From Dehalococcoidia bacterium (lineage in GTDB: Bacteria > Chloroflexota > Dehalococcoidia > Lucifugimonadales > Australimonadaceae), in NCBI GenBank assembly GCA_034428375.1, contig DAOUHT010000144.1, positions 1,742-65,741 on the forward strand: a DNA stretch of 64,000 nt. Reading direction: 5' to 3'. Below are positions 36,358 to 45,681 of this stretch, in pieces. Under the pieces are notes generated by a model, which was given only the letters and a program-made list of their open reading frames with translations, did no database searches and was not told the DNA's origin. The position numbers and the translations under genes were made by a program. Each line of letters opens with the position of its first letter. The first letter of the stretch is position 1.

Positions 36358-37224
36358 ATGTTTCCAGCACAGATCACCTACCACCGCGCAGGCTCGGTAG
36401 CCGAAGCGGTGCAACTGCTCTCCGACAACGAGGGAGCGAAACTCCTGGCGGGCGGGCACAGCCTCCTCCCGCTGATGAAGCTGCGGCTCGCGGCGCCCGC
36501 CACGCTCGTGGACATCGGGCGTATCGAGGCGCTGAAGGGCGTCTCCGCGAGCGGCGGCGGCATCACCATCGGCGCGCTGACCACGCACGCGGAGATCGCG
36601 GGCTCCGACCTCGTGCAGCAGCACGCTCCGGTGCTTGCCGAGGCTGCCGCGCTCGTCGGCGACCCGGCGGTGCGCAACCGGGGCACCATCGGCGGCAGCG
36701 TCTCCCACGCCGACCCCGCGTCCGACCAGCCGACCGTGCTCACGGCGCTGGGCGCGACCTTCAACGTGACCGGGCCCGGAGGCGACCGCAGCATCGCGGC
36801 GGCCGACTTCGCAACCGGCCTGCTGGAGAACGCGCTGGAAGAGAACGAAGTGCTGACGAGCATCTCGGTGCCTTCCGTTCCGTCCGGCGCGGGCGCGGCG
36901 TACGTGAAGTTCTCACACCCGGCGTCGCGTTACGCCGTCGTCGGCGCAGCCGCCATCCTTACGGTGAGCGGCGGCACGTGCTCGTCGGCGAGCGTCGTCG
37001 TCGGGGGCGTCGAGGCGACCCCGGCCCGAGCGTCTTCCGTCGAAGCTGCGCTGGCGGGCTCGGACTTGAGCGACAGTGCGCTGGACGCCGCTGCCGCAGC
37101 GGTCGCGGGCGACCTGAACGGCGACCCGATGAGCGACGTCTTCGCCTCCGCCGAGTACCGCAGGGCGATGGCGTCGGTCTACGTCCGCCGGGCACTCGGC
37201 GCAGCGGCGGCTCGAGCGGGCTGA
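36358..37224 (+). CDS. coxM: FAD-binding medium subunit (CoxM-like)
   Basis: KLLAGGHSLLPLMKLR and GTIGGS motifs of the FAD_binding_5 / CO-dehydrogenase flavoprotein family. Confidence 0.9.
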   Translation: MFPAQITYHRAGSVAEAVQLLSDNEGAKLLAGGHSLLPLMKLRLAAPATLVDIGRIEALKGVSASGGGITIGALTTHAEIAGSDLVQQHAPVLAEAAALVGDPAVRNRGTIGGSVSHADPASDQPTVLTALGATFNVTGPGGDRSIAAADFATGLLENALEENEVLTSISVPSVPSGAGAAYVKFSHPASRYAVVGAAAILTVSGGTCSSASVVVGGVEATPARASSVEAALAGSDLSDSALDAAAAAVAGDLNGDPMSDVFASAEYRRAMASVYVRRALGAAAARAG

Positions 37225-37320
37225 ACGCCCCGCCGGAACGTATGGGATAATCGCAGGGGGCGGCTTCGGCTCGCCCCCTGCGCATCTGCGAGAGAATCGC
37301 TATTCCGGAGGACAGAGGAC

Positions 37321-38259
37321 TTGGACGAAACGCGCACGAACTCAGCGCCCGCGTCCGTCGACGAACTGCAGAAGGCGCTTCGCGGCGAGATGTACGTCGC
37401 CGACCGCGCGCTGGCGATGTCGGTCTACCTCGCGCTGACGCTGAAGCGCCCGCTCTTCCTCGAGGGCGAGGCAGGCGTCGGCAAGACGGAGATCGCCAAG
37501 GTGCTGGCGTCGGCGCTGAACGCGCGCCTCATCCGGCTCCAGTGCTACGAGGGGTTGGACGTGAACCAGGCCGTCTACGAGTGGAACTACTCCCGCCAAC
37601 TGCTGCACATCCGGCTGCTGGAGGCGTCCGGAAACGTCGACCGCTCGGCAGCGGAGCGCGAACTGTTCAGCGAGGAGTTCCTCATCAAGCGTCCGCTCCT
37701 GCAGGCGCTCGACTCCGGCGAAGGCCCGGTGGTGCTGCTCATCGACGAACTGGACAGGGCCGACGAGGAGTTCGAGGGCTACCTCCTGGAGATGCTCTCC
37801 GACTTCCAGATCACGATACCGGAGGTCGGCACGTACACCACCGACGAGCCACCGGTGGTCGTCATCACGTCCAACCGGACGCGCGAGATACACGACGCGC
37901 TCAAGCGCCGCTGCCTCTACTACTGGATCGACTACCCCGACCTCGACAAGGAGACGCAGATCGTGCGGAGCAAAGTGCCGCAGGCGTCGCAGAAGCTCGC
38001 CGGGCAGGTCGCCGCGTTCGTGCAGGAGCTGCGCGGCACGGAACTGTACAAGGTGCCCGGCGTCGCGGAGACGCTCGACTGGACTGCGGCGCTCGTGAGC
38101 CTGAACGAGACGGAACTGAGCCCGGACGTCATCGACGACACGCTCGGCATCATGCTGAAGTACCGCGAGGACGTGCAGGCGGTGCGCGGCGAGCAGACCC
38201 GTGCGCTGCTGAACCGCGCCATGAACCGCGGCACGCAGCGCGGGGGCAGGCGTGGCTGA
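37321..38259 (+). CDS. coxD: MoxR-type AAA+ ATPase (CoxD-like)
   Basis: Walker A GEAGVGKT and Walker B LLIDELDRA. TTG start after GGAGGA. Confidence 0.85.
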   Translation: MDETRTNSAPASVDELQKALRGEMYVADRALAMSVYLALTLKRPLFLEGEAGVGKTEIAKVLASALNARLIRLQCYEGLDVNQAVYEWNYSRQLLHIRLLEASGNVDRSAAERELFSEEFLIKRPLLQALDSGEGPVVLLIDELDRADEEFEGYLLEMLSDFQITIPEVGTYTTDEPPVVVITSNRTREIHDALKRRCLYYWIDYPDLDKETQIVRSKVPQASQKLAGQVAAFVQELRGTELYKVPGVAETLDWTAALVSLNETELSPDVIDDTLGIMLKYREDVQAVRGEQTRALLNRAMNRGTQRGGRRG

Positions 38260-39595
38260 CGCCGGGGACGGATACATCCTCGGCAACCTCCTCCTTTTCG
38301 GACGGCTGCTCCGGCGGCTCGGTCTCGACGTGCACGTCGGGCGGATGCTGGACGCCATCCGCGTGCTGGAGGACATCGGCCTCGAACGCCGGGGCGACGT
38401 TCGCGCGGCGCTGCGGACGCTGCTCGTGCACCGCAAGGACGATCTCCCGTTGTTCGACGAGGCGTTCGACGTCTTCTGGCGTCAGCGCAAGGACAGCACG
38501 TCGACGATGGACCTGCGCTCGATGGGTGAGCAGCACCGCTTCCGCAAGCCAACGGCCGGACCGCCAACGCCGGGCCGCGACCCGGACGGCTCCGCAGAGC
38601 CTGCCGACCCGGACGAGGGCTTCGACCGCATCGACCTCACCCGCACGTTCAGCGCGCGGGAGGTGCTGCGAACGCGGGACTTCGCGGAGTTCACCTCCGA
38701 AGAGATGCTGCAGGCAAGGCAACTCATGGCCTCGTTGCAGTGGAACCCCGGCCTCAGGCGAACGCGGCGCAAGGAGGCGGGCAGAGGGCCGGGTCTGGAT
38801 GTGCGACGCACACTGCGGCACAACGCGCGGTACGGCGGGGAACTCGTGCGGCTGGAAACGCGCCGCCGCAAGCAGAAGCCGCGCAGGCTGGTGGTGGTCT
38901 GCGACGTGAGCGGCTCGATGGAGCGGTACACGCGGATGCTGCTGCACTTCATCCACAGCCTCTACGCAGGGCTGGACAACCGCATCGAGGCGTTCCTGTT
39001 TGCCACGCGGCTCACCCGCATCACGAAGCACCTGGGGCAGCGCGACATCGACCGCGCCGTCTCGGAGGTCGCGAAAGCCGTGCCGGACTGGTCAGGCGGC
39101 ACGCGCATCGGCGACGTGCTCAAGGAGTTCAACTTCCGCTGGGCGCGGCGAACGCTCGGCTGGGGCTCTATCGTCCTCATCGTGTCGGACGGCTGGGACC
39201 GTGGCGAGCCGGCATTGCTGGGACAGGAGATGGCGCGGCTCCAGCGCAGCTGCAACCGGCTGATCTGGCTGAACCCACTTGCGGGCAACGAGAACTACGA
39301 ACCGCTGACGGTAGGGATGCAGGCCGCCGCGCCCTACATAGACGACCTCTTGCCGGTGAACAACCTCGCCGCCCTGTTCGACCTCGCCGAGCACCTGAAC
39401 GGCCTCTCGCAGGGCCGTCCCGTGCGCCACCAGCAGACATCGCCTCTCTCCCGTCATTCCCGCGAAGGCGGGAATCCAGAAGGACAGGAAGCTGCCGCGG
39501 CGGCAGCGCCGCAGCAGCGTTCGTGGCACGTAAGCGCGAACCCGACGTTCCGGCATCCCATGTGGGGCAAGGGCGAGCCAGAGAACGGTGCGTGA
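38252..39595 (+). CDS. coxE: vWA-containing CoxE-like protein, C-terminus extended through a REP element
   Basis: VWA_CoxE-like N-terminus (LLLFGRLLRRLGLDV) and MIDAS VVVCDVSGSM. The last ~50 codons run through a palindromic repeat (SRHSREGGNPE). Confidence 0.85.
   Translation: MADAGDGYILGNLLLFGRLLRRLGLDVHVGRMLDAIRVLEDIGLERRGDVRAALRTLLVHRKDDLPLFDEAFDVFWRQRKDSTSTMDLRSMGEQHRFRKPTAGPPTPGRDPDGSAEPADPDEGFDRIDLTRTFSAREVLRTRDFAEFTSEEMLQARQLMASLQWNPGLRRTRRKEAGRGPGLDVRRTLRHNARYGGELVRLETRRRKQKPRRLVVVCDVSGSMERYTRMLLHFIHSLYAGLDNRIEAFLFATRLTRITKHLGQRDIDRAVSEVAKAVPDWSGGTRIGDVLKEFNFRWARRTLGWGSIVLIVSDGWDRGEPALLGQEMARLQRSCNRLIWLNPLAGNENYEPLTVGMQAAAPYIDDLLPVNNLAALFDLAEHLNGLSQGRPVRHQQTSPLSRHSREGGNPEGQEAAAAAAPQQRSWHVSANPTFRHPMWGKGEPENGA
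39456..39475. repeat. REP family A palindrome, inside the 3-prime end of the coxE ORF
   Basis: ATTCCCGC GAAG GCGGGAAT. Confidence 0.8.
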
Positions 39596-39643
39596 GGGGG
39601 ACCCGACCTATGCAGCCGCTGAGGCGTCGAGGGTACCCGTAGC

Positions 39644-41662
39644 ATGAGCGAACTGTTCGAAGGACTCGCGTATCTCGGCAACTGGGTCTACTGGGTCGCG
39701 TTCGGCGCTGCGGTTCTGGCGGCGGCCCTCGTCAGGCTGTTGCCCGGCGTCTCGACGAGCCTCGTACTGGCGTCCGCTCTGCCGTTCATCGTTGCGAACG
39801 TAGAAGACGCGCTCATCGGCATCGTCATGCTGGCAACGCTGGCGGGAGCGGGTGTGGTAATGAGGTCCGTCGCCCCCGTGCTGTTCGGCCTGCCGGGCAC
39901 TTCGAACTATGTGACGTTCCTGGAAGGGAACCAATTGGCGCGCAGAGGACAGGCCGCCCACACGCTTGGCGCTGCCTTCGCGGTCTCAGCGATAGGGGGC
40001 CTCGTGGGAGTGCTCGTGTTCGCTTCCGCGCTCCTCATCGGCGCCCCTCTCGCGAGTCTGCTGCTCAGCCCTTTCGGATTCGTCGCGATAGGGCTGTTCG
40101 CTCTCGTAATTGTTGCGCTCCTCAATTCGGAAGCGATGCTTAAGGGGCTGGCAGCTGCGGCATTGGGCCTGCTGCTCGGCACGAGCGGCCTCGACCCATT
40201 CGAGGGGCCGCTGCGCTCTGCTTTCGACGGATCGGGTGTCTGGCGTGGTCTCTTCGTGACCGCAGCAGCCATAGGCGTCCTCGGCCTGGCGGAAGTGATC
40301 GACCTGAAGATGACCCGGCAGCCGCTTTCGCTCCGGGAGACGCCGGACAGCAGGAGCGAAGTCTTTCGAGGCGTCCGTTACGGGCTTGGGAAGTGGCGCA
40401 CCGCCGTGCGGCAGGGCCTCTTCGGCGCTCTGGTCGGTGCCATGCCGGGCACAGGTTTGGGAGTGGTGCACTGGCTCTCGTATGCGTTGGGCATAGTCCT
40501 CACGAAGGAAAAGAGGGAGTTCGGCCGGGGATCTCTGGACGGACTGCTCCTGGCGGAATCAGCGGCTGGCGCAGGCATGACGGGAGGAGGAACTTCAACC
40601 GCCCTGTTCGGGATACCCGGCAGCAGCGCATGGGCGTTCGTCCTCGTCGCCTTGCTGTCGTACGGCATCGCTCCGGGCCCTCGAATGCTGGATGAGCATC
40701 GTGACGTCACCATCATGATGGTGCTCAGCCTTGCGCTGGCGATACCGGCGGTCGCCGTGATCGGAATGTTGGTCACGGGGCGGCTGGCGAGACTCGCCCG
40801 GGTCCCCTATCCGGTCATCGGCGGAATCATCATACCGGTCTTGTTCCTCGGGGGGTTCGCCTCGACAGAGAGCCTCGTTGGAATATACGTCATGGCTGCC
40901 GGGGCAGTGCTAGGGCTGCTGATGAAGTGGTGCAAGTGGCCTCGCGCACCCCTCGTCTTTGGACTCTCGACCGGCTCCCTGCTGAGCTGGGTCACTGACG
41001 CGCTAGCGGAAACCGAGATCACAGGGATGGCGGCCTGGTCCATCCCCTGGCCTGCGCTGGCCGTCCTGCCTGTCGCGGCGGTGGCGGCCGCTGTGGTCTT
41101 CAAGAGAGGCAGGCTCGGCGGTTCAGTCGCACGCCCGGACGAGGCAGGGGTCGACGCCGGAAGCGATAGCGGACATGCTTGCTCCACAGACAGCGGCCCC
41201 GACGACGCGGGCGCGCGGCCACGTATCGCGGTGACCCTTCCCAGCCTTTTCACGATGTCCGTCATCGTGGCGGGTGTCTGGGGGTTGTACGCGGCCAGCG
41301 GATCCTCATCGTCAGGCTGGGTGTTCCTATTGTCAGTCAGCGTCGCCGTTATCGGCCTCGGCGGCGCTCAACTGGTCTTCGACCTCCGGCAGGGAAAGCC
41401 CGGCGCGGTCATGGACTTCGGGATGCGGAGCGTGGGATTGCCAGGCGCACGGAGGACGGCGATGCTCATGATCGCCATGGTGGCTGTCTTTCTGGCGCTC
41501 CTTCACGTCATCGGTCTCAGGTACGCCAGCATGCTCTTCCCGCTCGGCCCCGCGCTGCTCTTCCTGGAAGGGCGCACACGCTGGATAGGCGCAGGGGTTG
41601 GCGTGGCGCTCCTGGCAGCAGCCAACCTCGCACTGATTTCCATCGGACAAGACTCCGCCTGA
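39644..41662 (+). CDS. tctA: tripartite tricarboxylate transporter permease, TctA fused to a TctB-like module
   Basis: TctA/DUF112-like N-terminal ~500 aa, then an acidic linker, then a 4-TM TctB-like C-terminal ~145 aa. Confidence 0.75.
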   Translation: MSELFEGLAYLGNWVYWVAFGAAVLAAALVRLLPGVSTSLVLASALPFIVANVEDALIGIVMLATLAGAGVVMRSVAPVLFGLPGTSNYVTFLEGNQLARRGQAAHTLGAAFAVSAIGGLVGVLVFASALLIGAPLASLLLSPFGFVAIGLFALVIVALLNSEAMLKGLAAAALGLLLGTSGLDPFEGPLRSAFDGSGVWRGLFVTAAAIGVLGLAEVIDLKMTRQPLSLRETPDSRSEVFRGVRYGLGKWRTAVRQGLFGALVGAMPGTGLGVVHWLSYALGIVLTKEKREFGRGSLDGLLLAESAAGAGMTGGGTSTALFGIPGSSAWAFVLVALLSYGIAPGPRMLDEHRDVTIMMVLSLALAIPAVAVIGMLVTGRLARLARVPYPVIGGIIIPVLFLGGFASTESLVGIYVMAAGAVLGLLMKWCKWPRAPLVFGLSTGSLLSWVTDALAETEITGMAAWSIPWPALAVLPVAAVAAAVVFKRGRLGGSVARPDEAGVDAGSDSGHACSTDSGPDDAGARPRIAVTLPSLFTMSVIVAGVWGLYAASGSSSSGWVFLLSVSVAVIGLGGAQLVFDLRQGKPGAVMDFGMRSVGLPGARRTAMLMIAMVAVFLALLHVIGLRYASMLFPLGPALLFLEGRTRWIGAGVGVALLAAANLALISIGQDSA

Positions 41663-41704
41663 CGAGATCTCCCGCCTGAAGGCGGCGTGTGCCTCGTGGT
41701 AGTC

Positions 41705-42802
41705 CTACGCCGAGGGGTAGAATCCCTTGTCGTACCAGTAGGTGAGGTCGCTGCCGAACCACTCGGTCGGGATCTCCTGGCCGAGGCCGGCCTCGACCGC
41801 CTTGCGGTAGATGAGGGCGCCCGCTGCCGCCATCTGTATCCCCATGCCGGTGCTGTTCTTGTAGTAGACGATGTCGCCGAGCTGCGCTTCGAGCGTGGTC
41901 GTGCCGGCGACCACTTCGCCCAGAGTGCATATCTTGTCCCACGAGACCACCCCCTGCTCGATGGGGTCGAGCAGCTCGATCTGGTTGTTCGAGTAGACGC
42001 TGTCGCGGTCGTTGATGCAGATGAAGGCGCTGCGGGCGAACGTCGTGTCGTCCACCTCGGACTTCTTGAAGTTGGCGTCGCTGTTCTGCAGCGAGATGAC
42101 GAACTGCCCCGGCTCCAGCCAGTCGCCGTCGAAGACCGGTTTGCCGCTCACGTAGCCCGCGTTCGTCGCACAGCAGACGATCTCGGTGCTCTCCATCGCC
42201 TCGCGCGGGTTGTCGACGGGCGTGACCTCGATCTCCAACTGCTGCGACATCTCGCTGGCGAATTCCTCGCGATGCGCCTTCGTGGGGCTGTAGACCTTCA
42301 CGCTCCGCACCGGGCGCACCTGCACGAGCGCCTCGAGGTCCGTCCGCGCCAGCTTGCCGCTGCCGAACATGCCGACGGTCTGCGCGTTCGGCGGCGCGAG
42401 GTACTTGGCCGCGACGCCCGAGGTGGCGCCGACACGTATCCCGGAGAGGTAGAACTCGTGGATGAAGGCGAGCGGCCGTCCCGTCTGCATGTCGATGAGG
42501 ACGATGAAGCCCCAGTTGCGGTTCTCGAACTTGGGCGAGCGCTCGCCCTGCGCGTTCGGCTTCGTGCTGCGCGCACTGCCGCCGATGCGTATCGCGGCGG
42601 TGTCGTATGAGGGCGTCGTGCCGATGTGGATGTTCGAGCCGTACACCTTGTCGGCGTCCGTCGTGGGGCTGATGTAGCGGATGCGGGGGATGTTCACGGC
42701 CCCGCTGAGGGCGTAATCGCGGTAGGCCGTCTCCATCGCCTCGAGGCAGTCGGCCATCGGGTGCACCCGTGCAACGTCTTCGTCACTCAGTACCAGCGTC
42801 AT
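41705..42802 (-). CDS. ornithine cyclodeaminase / mu-crystallin family protein
   Basis: OCD_Mu_crystall-like sequence with a Rossmann motif (VGMFGSGKLA). Confidence 0.8.
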   Translation of the reverse strand: MTLVLSDEDVARVHPMADCLEAMETAYRDYALSGAVNIPRIRYISPTTDADKVYGSNIHIGTTPSYDTAAIRIGGSARSTKPNAQGERSPKFENRNWGFIVLIDMQTGRPLAFIHEFYLSGIRVGATSGVAAKYLAPPNAQTVGMFGSGKLARTDLEALVQVRPVRSVKVYSPTKAHREEFASEMSQQLEIEVTPVDNPREAMESTEIVCCATNAGYVSGKPVFDGDWLEPGQFVISLQNSDANFKKSEVDDTTFARSAFICINDRDSVYSNNQIELLDPIEQGVVSWDKICTLGEVVAGTTTLEAQLGDIVYYKNSTGMGIQMAAAGALIYRKAVEAGLGQEIPTEWFGSDLTYWYDKGFYPSA

Positions 42803-42819
42803 GCGTTCCTCCTGTCTGG

Positions 42820-43191
42820 TCAGACGTGCTGGTCCACCAGGACCGGATTGCCGTCTGGGTCAATCGCCACGAAGCTGGCTGGCCCGGCGCCGTCCTCATC
42901 CGCTTCACTTACCAATTCCACGCCATTCGCTTTCAGTTGTCGCTGTAGCTCGCGCACATCCGTGAACCCGTCCAGCGGACGCGCCTGGCTGTCCCAACCG
43001 GGATTGAACGTCAGGATGTTCTGCTCGAACATCCCCTGGAAGAGACCGATGGTGTGGTCGCCATTCCGGAGTATCTGCCAGCCTTCGGCAGGGTCGCCTC
43101 CGACAACCTCGAACCCGAACTGCTCGTAGAAGCCCCGGGAAGCCGAGATGTCCGCGACAGCCAGACTGATGGAGAACGCGCCGAGTTCCAT
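42820..43191 (-). CDS. VOC (glyoxalase/bleomycin-resistance) family protein
   Basis: [27 protein letters not shown] ... [18 protein letters not shown] 43191 preferred over GTG 43206. Confidence 0.75.
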   Translation of the reverse strand: MELGAFSISLAVADISASRGFYEQFGFEVVGGDPAEGWQILRNGDHTIGLFQGMFEQNILTFNPGWDSQARPLDGFTDVRELQRQLKANGVELVSEADEDGAGPASFVAIDPDGNPVLVDQHV

Positions 43192-43205
43192 GTATCGCTT
43201 CTCCA

Positions 43206-44291
43206 CTAGTTGCTGTGCGGCAGGATGACGGTCTTCACCTCGCGGAAGTCGGCCATGGCGTGCAGGGCGTCGGAGGTCTCTTCGAGCGAGTAGGGGCGCG
43301 ACAGCATCCGCGCGAACGGCACGGACTCACCGCGGGTGCGCAGGAACTCCAATGCCTGGTGGTAGTGCCTCCCCTCGCCGGAGCGCACGCTCACGATCGT
43401 CACCTGCTGCCCGAACCCGTTGATGGAGACCGGGCCGCCGCCGCCGCCGATGGAGAGGTAGCGCCCGCCTGGCCGCAGGAAGCCCAGCCCCTCCGGGATG
43501 ACCGCGAAGGAGACGCACTGGATGGCGACGTCCGCGCCACGTCCACCGGTGCGCTCCATCACCCACTCGTGCCGGTCCTTCGCGTCGGGCATCTCGCCGA
43601 TGTCCAGCGTCTCGTCCGCGCCCCACGCCTCGGCGACGTCCAGCCTGACGCGCGGCGCGCCGATGACGAGCACACGTCCGGCGCCACGGTCGCGCGCAAC
43701 CGCCGACGCGTACAGTCCGACGGGCCCCGACCCCTGCACAACGACCGTGTCGTGAGGGTAGATCGGCCCGAGCCGCTCGAAGCCGTGCATCACGGTGCGG
43801 AGCGCGCACGCGGCGGAGGCCGCCTGCGGAGACGTCACTTCGTCGGGGATGGGGATGATGGCCGTTCCCGGCGGGATGTAGTGATACTCCGCACAGCCAC
43901 CCAGGAGATACGGGGACACGTCGGCGCGACCGCGCCCGAACCGGATGCTGTCGTCGCAGAGCGAGGGCTGGTTCGAGACCGAGCAGTAGAAGCAGTGTCC
44001 GCAGAAACGGTACGCGGAGACGATGCGGTCGCCCTCCTTGAGCGCTCGGCCATGCACGTCGTACCGTTCGCCGTTCAACGCAACGATGCGGCCCGCGGTC
44101 TCGTGGCCGGGTATGTAGGGCAACATGCCCGGGTTCGCGCCGTCGTGCCAGATGTGTACGTCGGTCCCGCAGAGCGTCGCGGCCTCGACCTCCACCAGCA
44201 GGCCAGTGGGTTCCAGATCGGGCATCTGGACGTCGCGCATCTCGGTCGGGTCGTTGAATCCCGTGATTACGGCAGCCTTGCACGTTTCCAT
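43206..44291 (-). CDS. zinc-dependent medium-chain alcohol dehydrogenase
   Basis: GHETAG zinc ligand, structural-Zn cysteines (CGHCFYC) and Rossmann [11 protein letters not shown]. Confidence 0.85.
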   Translation of the reverse strand: METCKAAVITGFNDPTEMRDVQMPDLEPTGLLVEVEAATLCGTDVHIWHDGANPGMLPYIPGHETAGRIVALNGERYDVHGRALKEGDRIVSAYRFCGHCFYCSVSNQPSLCDDSIRFGRGRADVSPYLLGGCAEYHYIPPGTAIIPIPDEVTSPQAASAACALRTVMHGFERLGPIYPHDTVVVQGSGPVGLYASAVARDRGAGRVLVIGAPRVRLDVAEAWGADETLDIGEMPDAKDRHEWVMERTGGRGADVAIQCVSFAVIPEGLGFLRPGGRYLSIGGGGGPVSINGFGQQVTIVSVRSGEGRHYHQALEFLRTRGESVPFARMLSRPYSLEETSDALHAMADFREVKTVILPHSN

Positions 44292-44384
44292 GACGTGTCC
44301 TCCGCTCCAATGATGTTCAATCCCCTCGGCGGTACTTTACTCCAGCGAGGCCGGCTCCGTGCGGCGTTCAGGCAAGCAGGCCAT

Positions 44385-45602
44385 CTACCCAGATGTGAAG
44401 CGCTCCGCTTCCTCCGAACCGCCCGTCGCGTCGCCTTCGCTGTACGAGTGCGCTCCCGCCCCGGCAAGCGCGCCTCCCTGCACGATGAGGTATTCCTCCC
44501 TGATGGGGCGTCCCTCGAACCAGCACTCGAGTATCTCGCGGACGCCCGCGGCATAGCGGGCCTGCGCCGAGAGCGAGGTGCCGGAGGTATGGGGCGTCAT
44601 CGCGTGGTTGGGCATCGTCCGCCAGGGATGGTCGTTGGGAGCAGGCTGCGGGAACCAGACGTCGCCCGCGTATCCTGCCAGCTGGCCGCTCTCCAGCGCC
44701 CTGACGATGGCGTCGCGGTCGCAGATCTTCCCGCGGGCCGTGTTCACGATGTATGACCCGCGCTTCATCCTGCCGATGAGCGCGTCGTTGAACATGTGCT
44801 CGGTCTCCGCGTGCAGCGGACAGTGGATGCTGACCACGTCGCAGACGTCGACGAGCGATTCGACGTTCTCGTGGAAGGTCAGCCCGACTTCCTGCTCCAC
44901 GTCGGCGGGGAGGCGGTGCCTGTCCATGTAGTGCAGGTTCACGTCGAAAGGCTTCATCCGTTTCAGCACGGCGAGCCCGATCCTCCCGGCTGCCACGACG
45001 CCAACGTCCATCCCCTCTATGTCGTACGAGCGCGAGGCCGCGTCGGCGATGTTCCAGCCGCCCCTGACCACCCAGCCGTACTGGGGGATGTAGTCCCGCA
45101 CCAGCGCCAGCATCTGCATCACCGCGTGCTCAGCCACGCTGATGCTGTTGCACCACGTCACTTCGCACACCGTGATGCCCCTGTCGATGGCGGACCTCAG
45201 GTCGACGTGGTCCGACCCGATGCCCGCCGTGACGGCCAGCTTGAGCCTGGGCGCCTTCTCGATGCGCTCCGCGGTCAGATATCCGGGCCAGAAAGGCTGG
45301 GAGATGACCACGTCCGCGTCCGGCAGTTCCCGCTCGAAAACCGAGTCGGGGCCGTCCTTGTCCGAGGTCACGACGAACCGGTGACCCCGCTCGGCCAGGA
45401 ACCGCGCCAGCCCGAGTCCGCCCGAAACGGACCCCAGCAGATGCCCGGGCGTGAAGTCCGTGGCGGCTGGCGTTGGCAGCGTCTGGCCGTCCGGATAGTG
45501 CGTGAGCGTGGGTATCTCCTGACGAGCGTAGGCAGGAGGGAACCCGGCCACCGGGTCGTCGTAGAGGACACACAGCACGTTCTGGCCGGAAGAGGTGCTC
45601 AT
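44385..45602 (-). CDS. fdh: NAD-dependent formate dehydrogenase
   Basis: Strong resemblance to Pseudomonas/Mycobacterium-type FDH (ISQPFWPGYLTAERI, AGIGSDHVDL, GVVAAGRIG, PQPAPNDHPWR). ATG 45602 follows GGAGGT. Not a selenoprotein or molybdoenzyme type. Confidence 0.9.
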   Translation of the reverse strand: MSTSSGQNVLCVLYDDPVAGFPPAYARQEIPTLTHYPDGQTLPTPAATDFTPGHLLGSVSGGLGLARFLAERGHRFVVTSDKDGPDSVFERELPDADVVISQPFWPGYLTAERIEKAPRLKLAVTAGIGSDHVDLRSAIDRGITVCEVTWCNSISVAEHAVMQMLALVRDYIPQYGWVVRGGWNIADAASRSYDIEGMDVGVVAAGRIGLAVLKRMKPFDVNLHYMDRHRLPADVEQEVGLTFHENVESLVDVCDVVSIHCPLHAETEHMFNDALIGRMKRGSYIVNTARGKICDRDAIVRALESGQLAGYAGDVWFPQPAPNDHPWRTMPNHAMTPHTSGTSLSAQARYAAGVREILECWFEGRPIREEYLIVQGGALAGAGAHSYSEGDATGGSEEAERFTSG

Positions 45603-45681
45603 GCCAACCTCCGCGGATCGATTCACGAACAGTGTATGCGGCGTCAACTGCGCGGGAAACCGCGCTACCGGCGCGCGGAGC

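Noticed and set aside
44385-45602. Formate dehydrogenase as a selenoprotein candidate
   Set aside because: It is the NAD-dependent D-2-hydroxyacid-dehydrogenase-type FDH, which has no Sec/Cys-Mo site. The ORF is uninterrupted.
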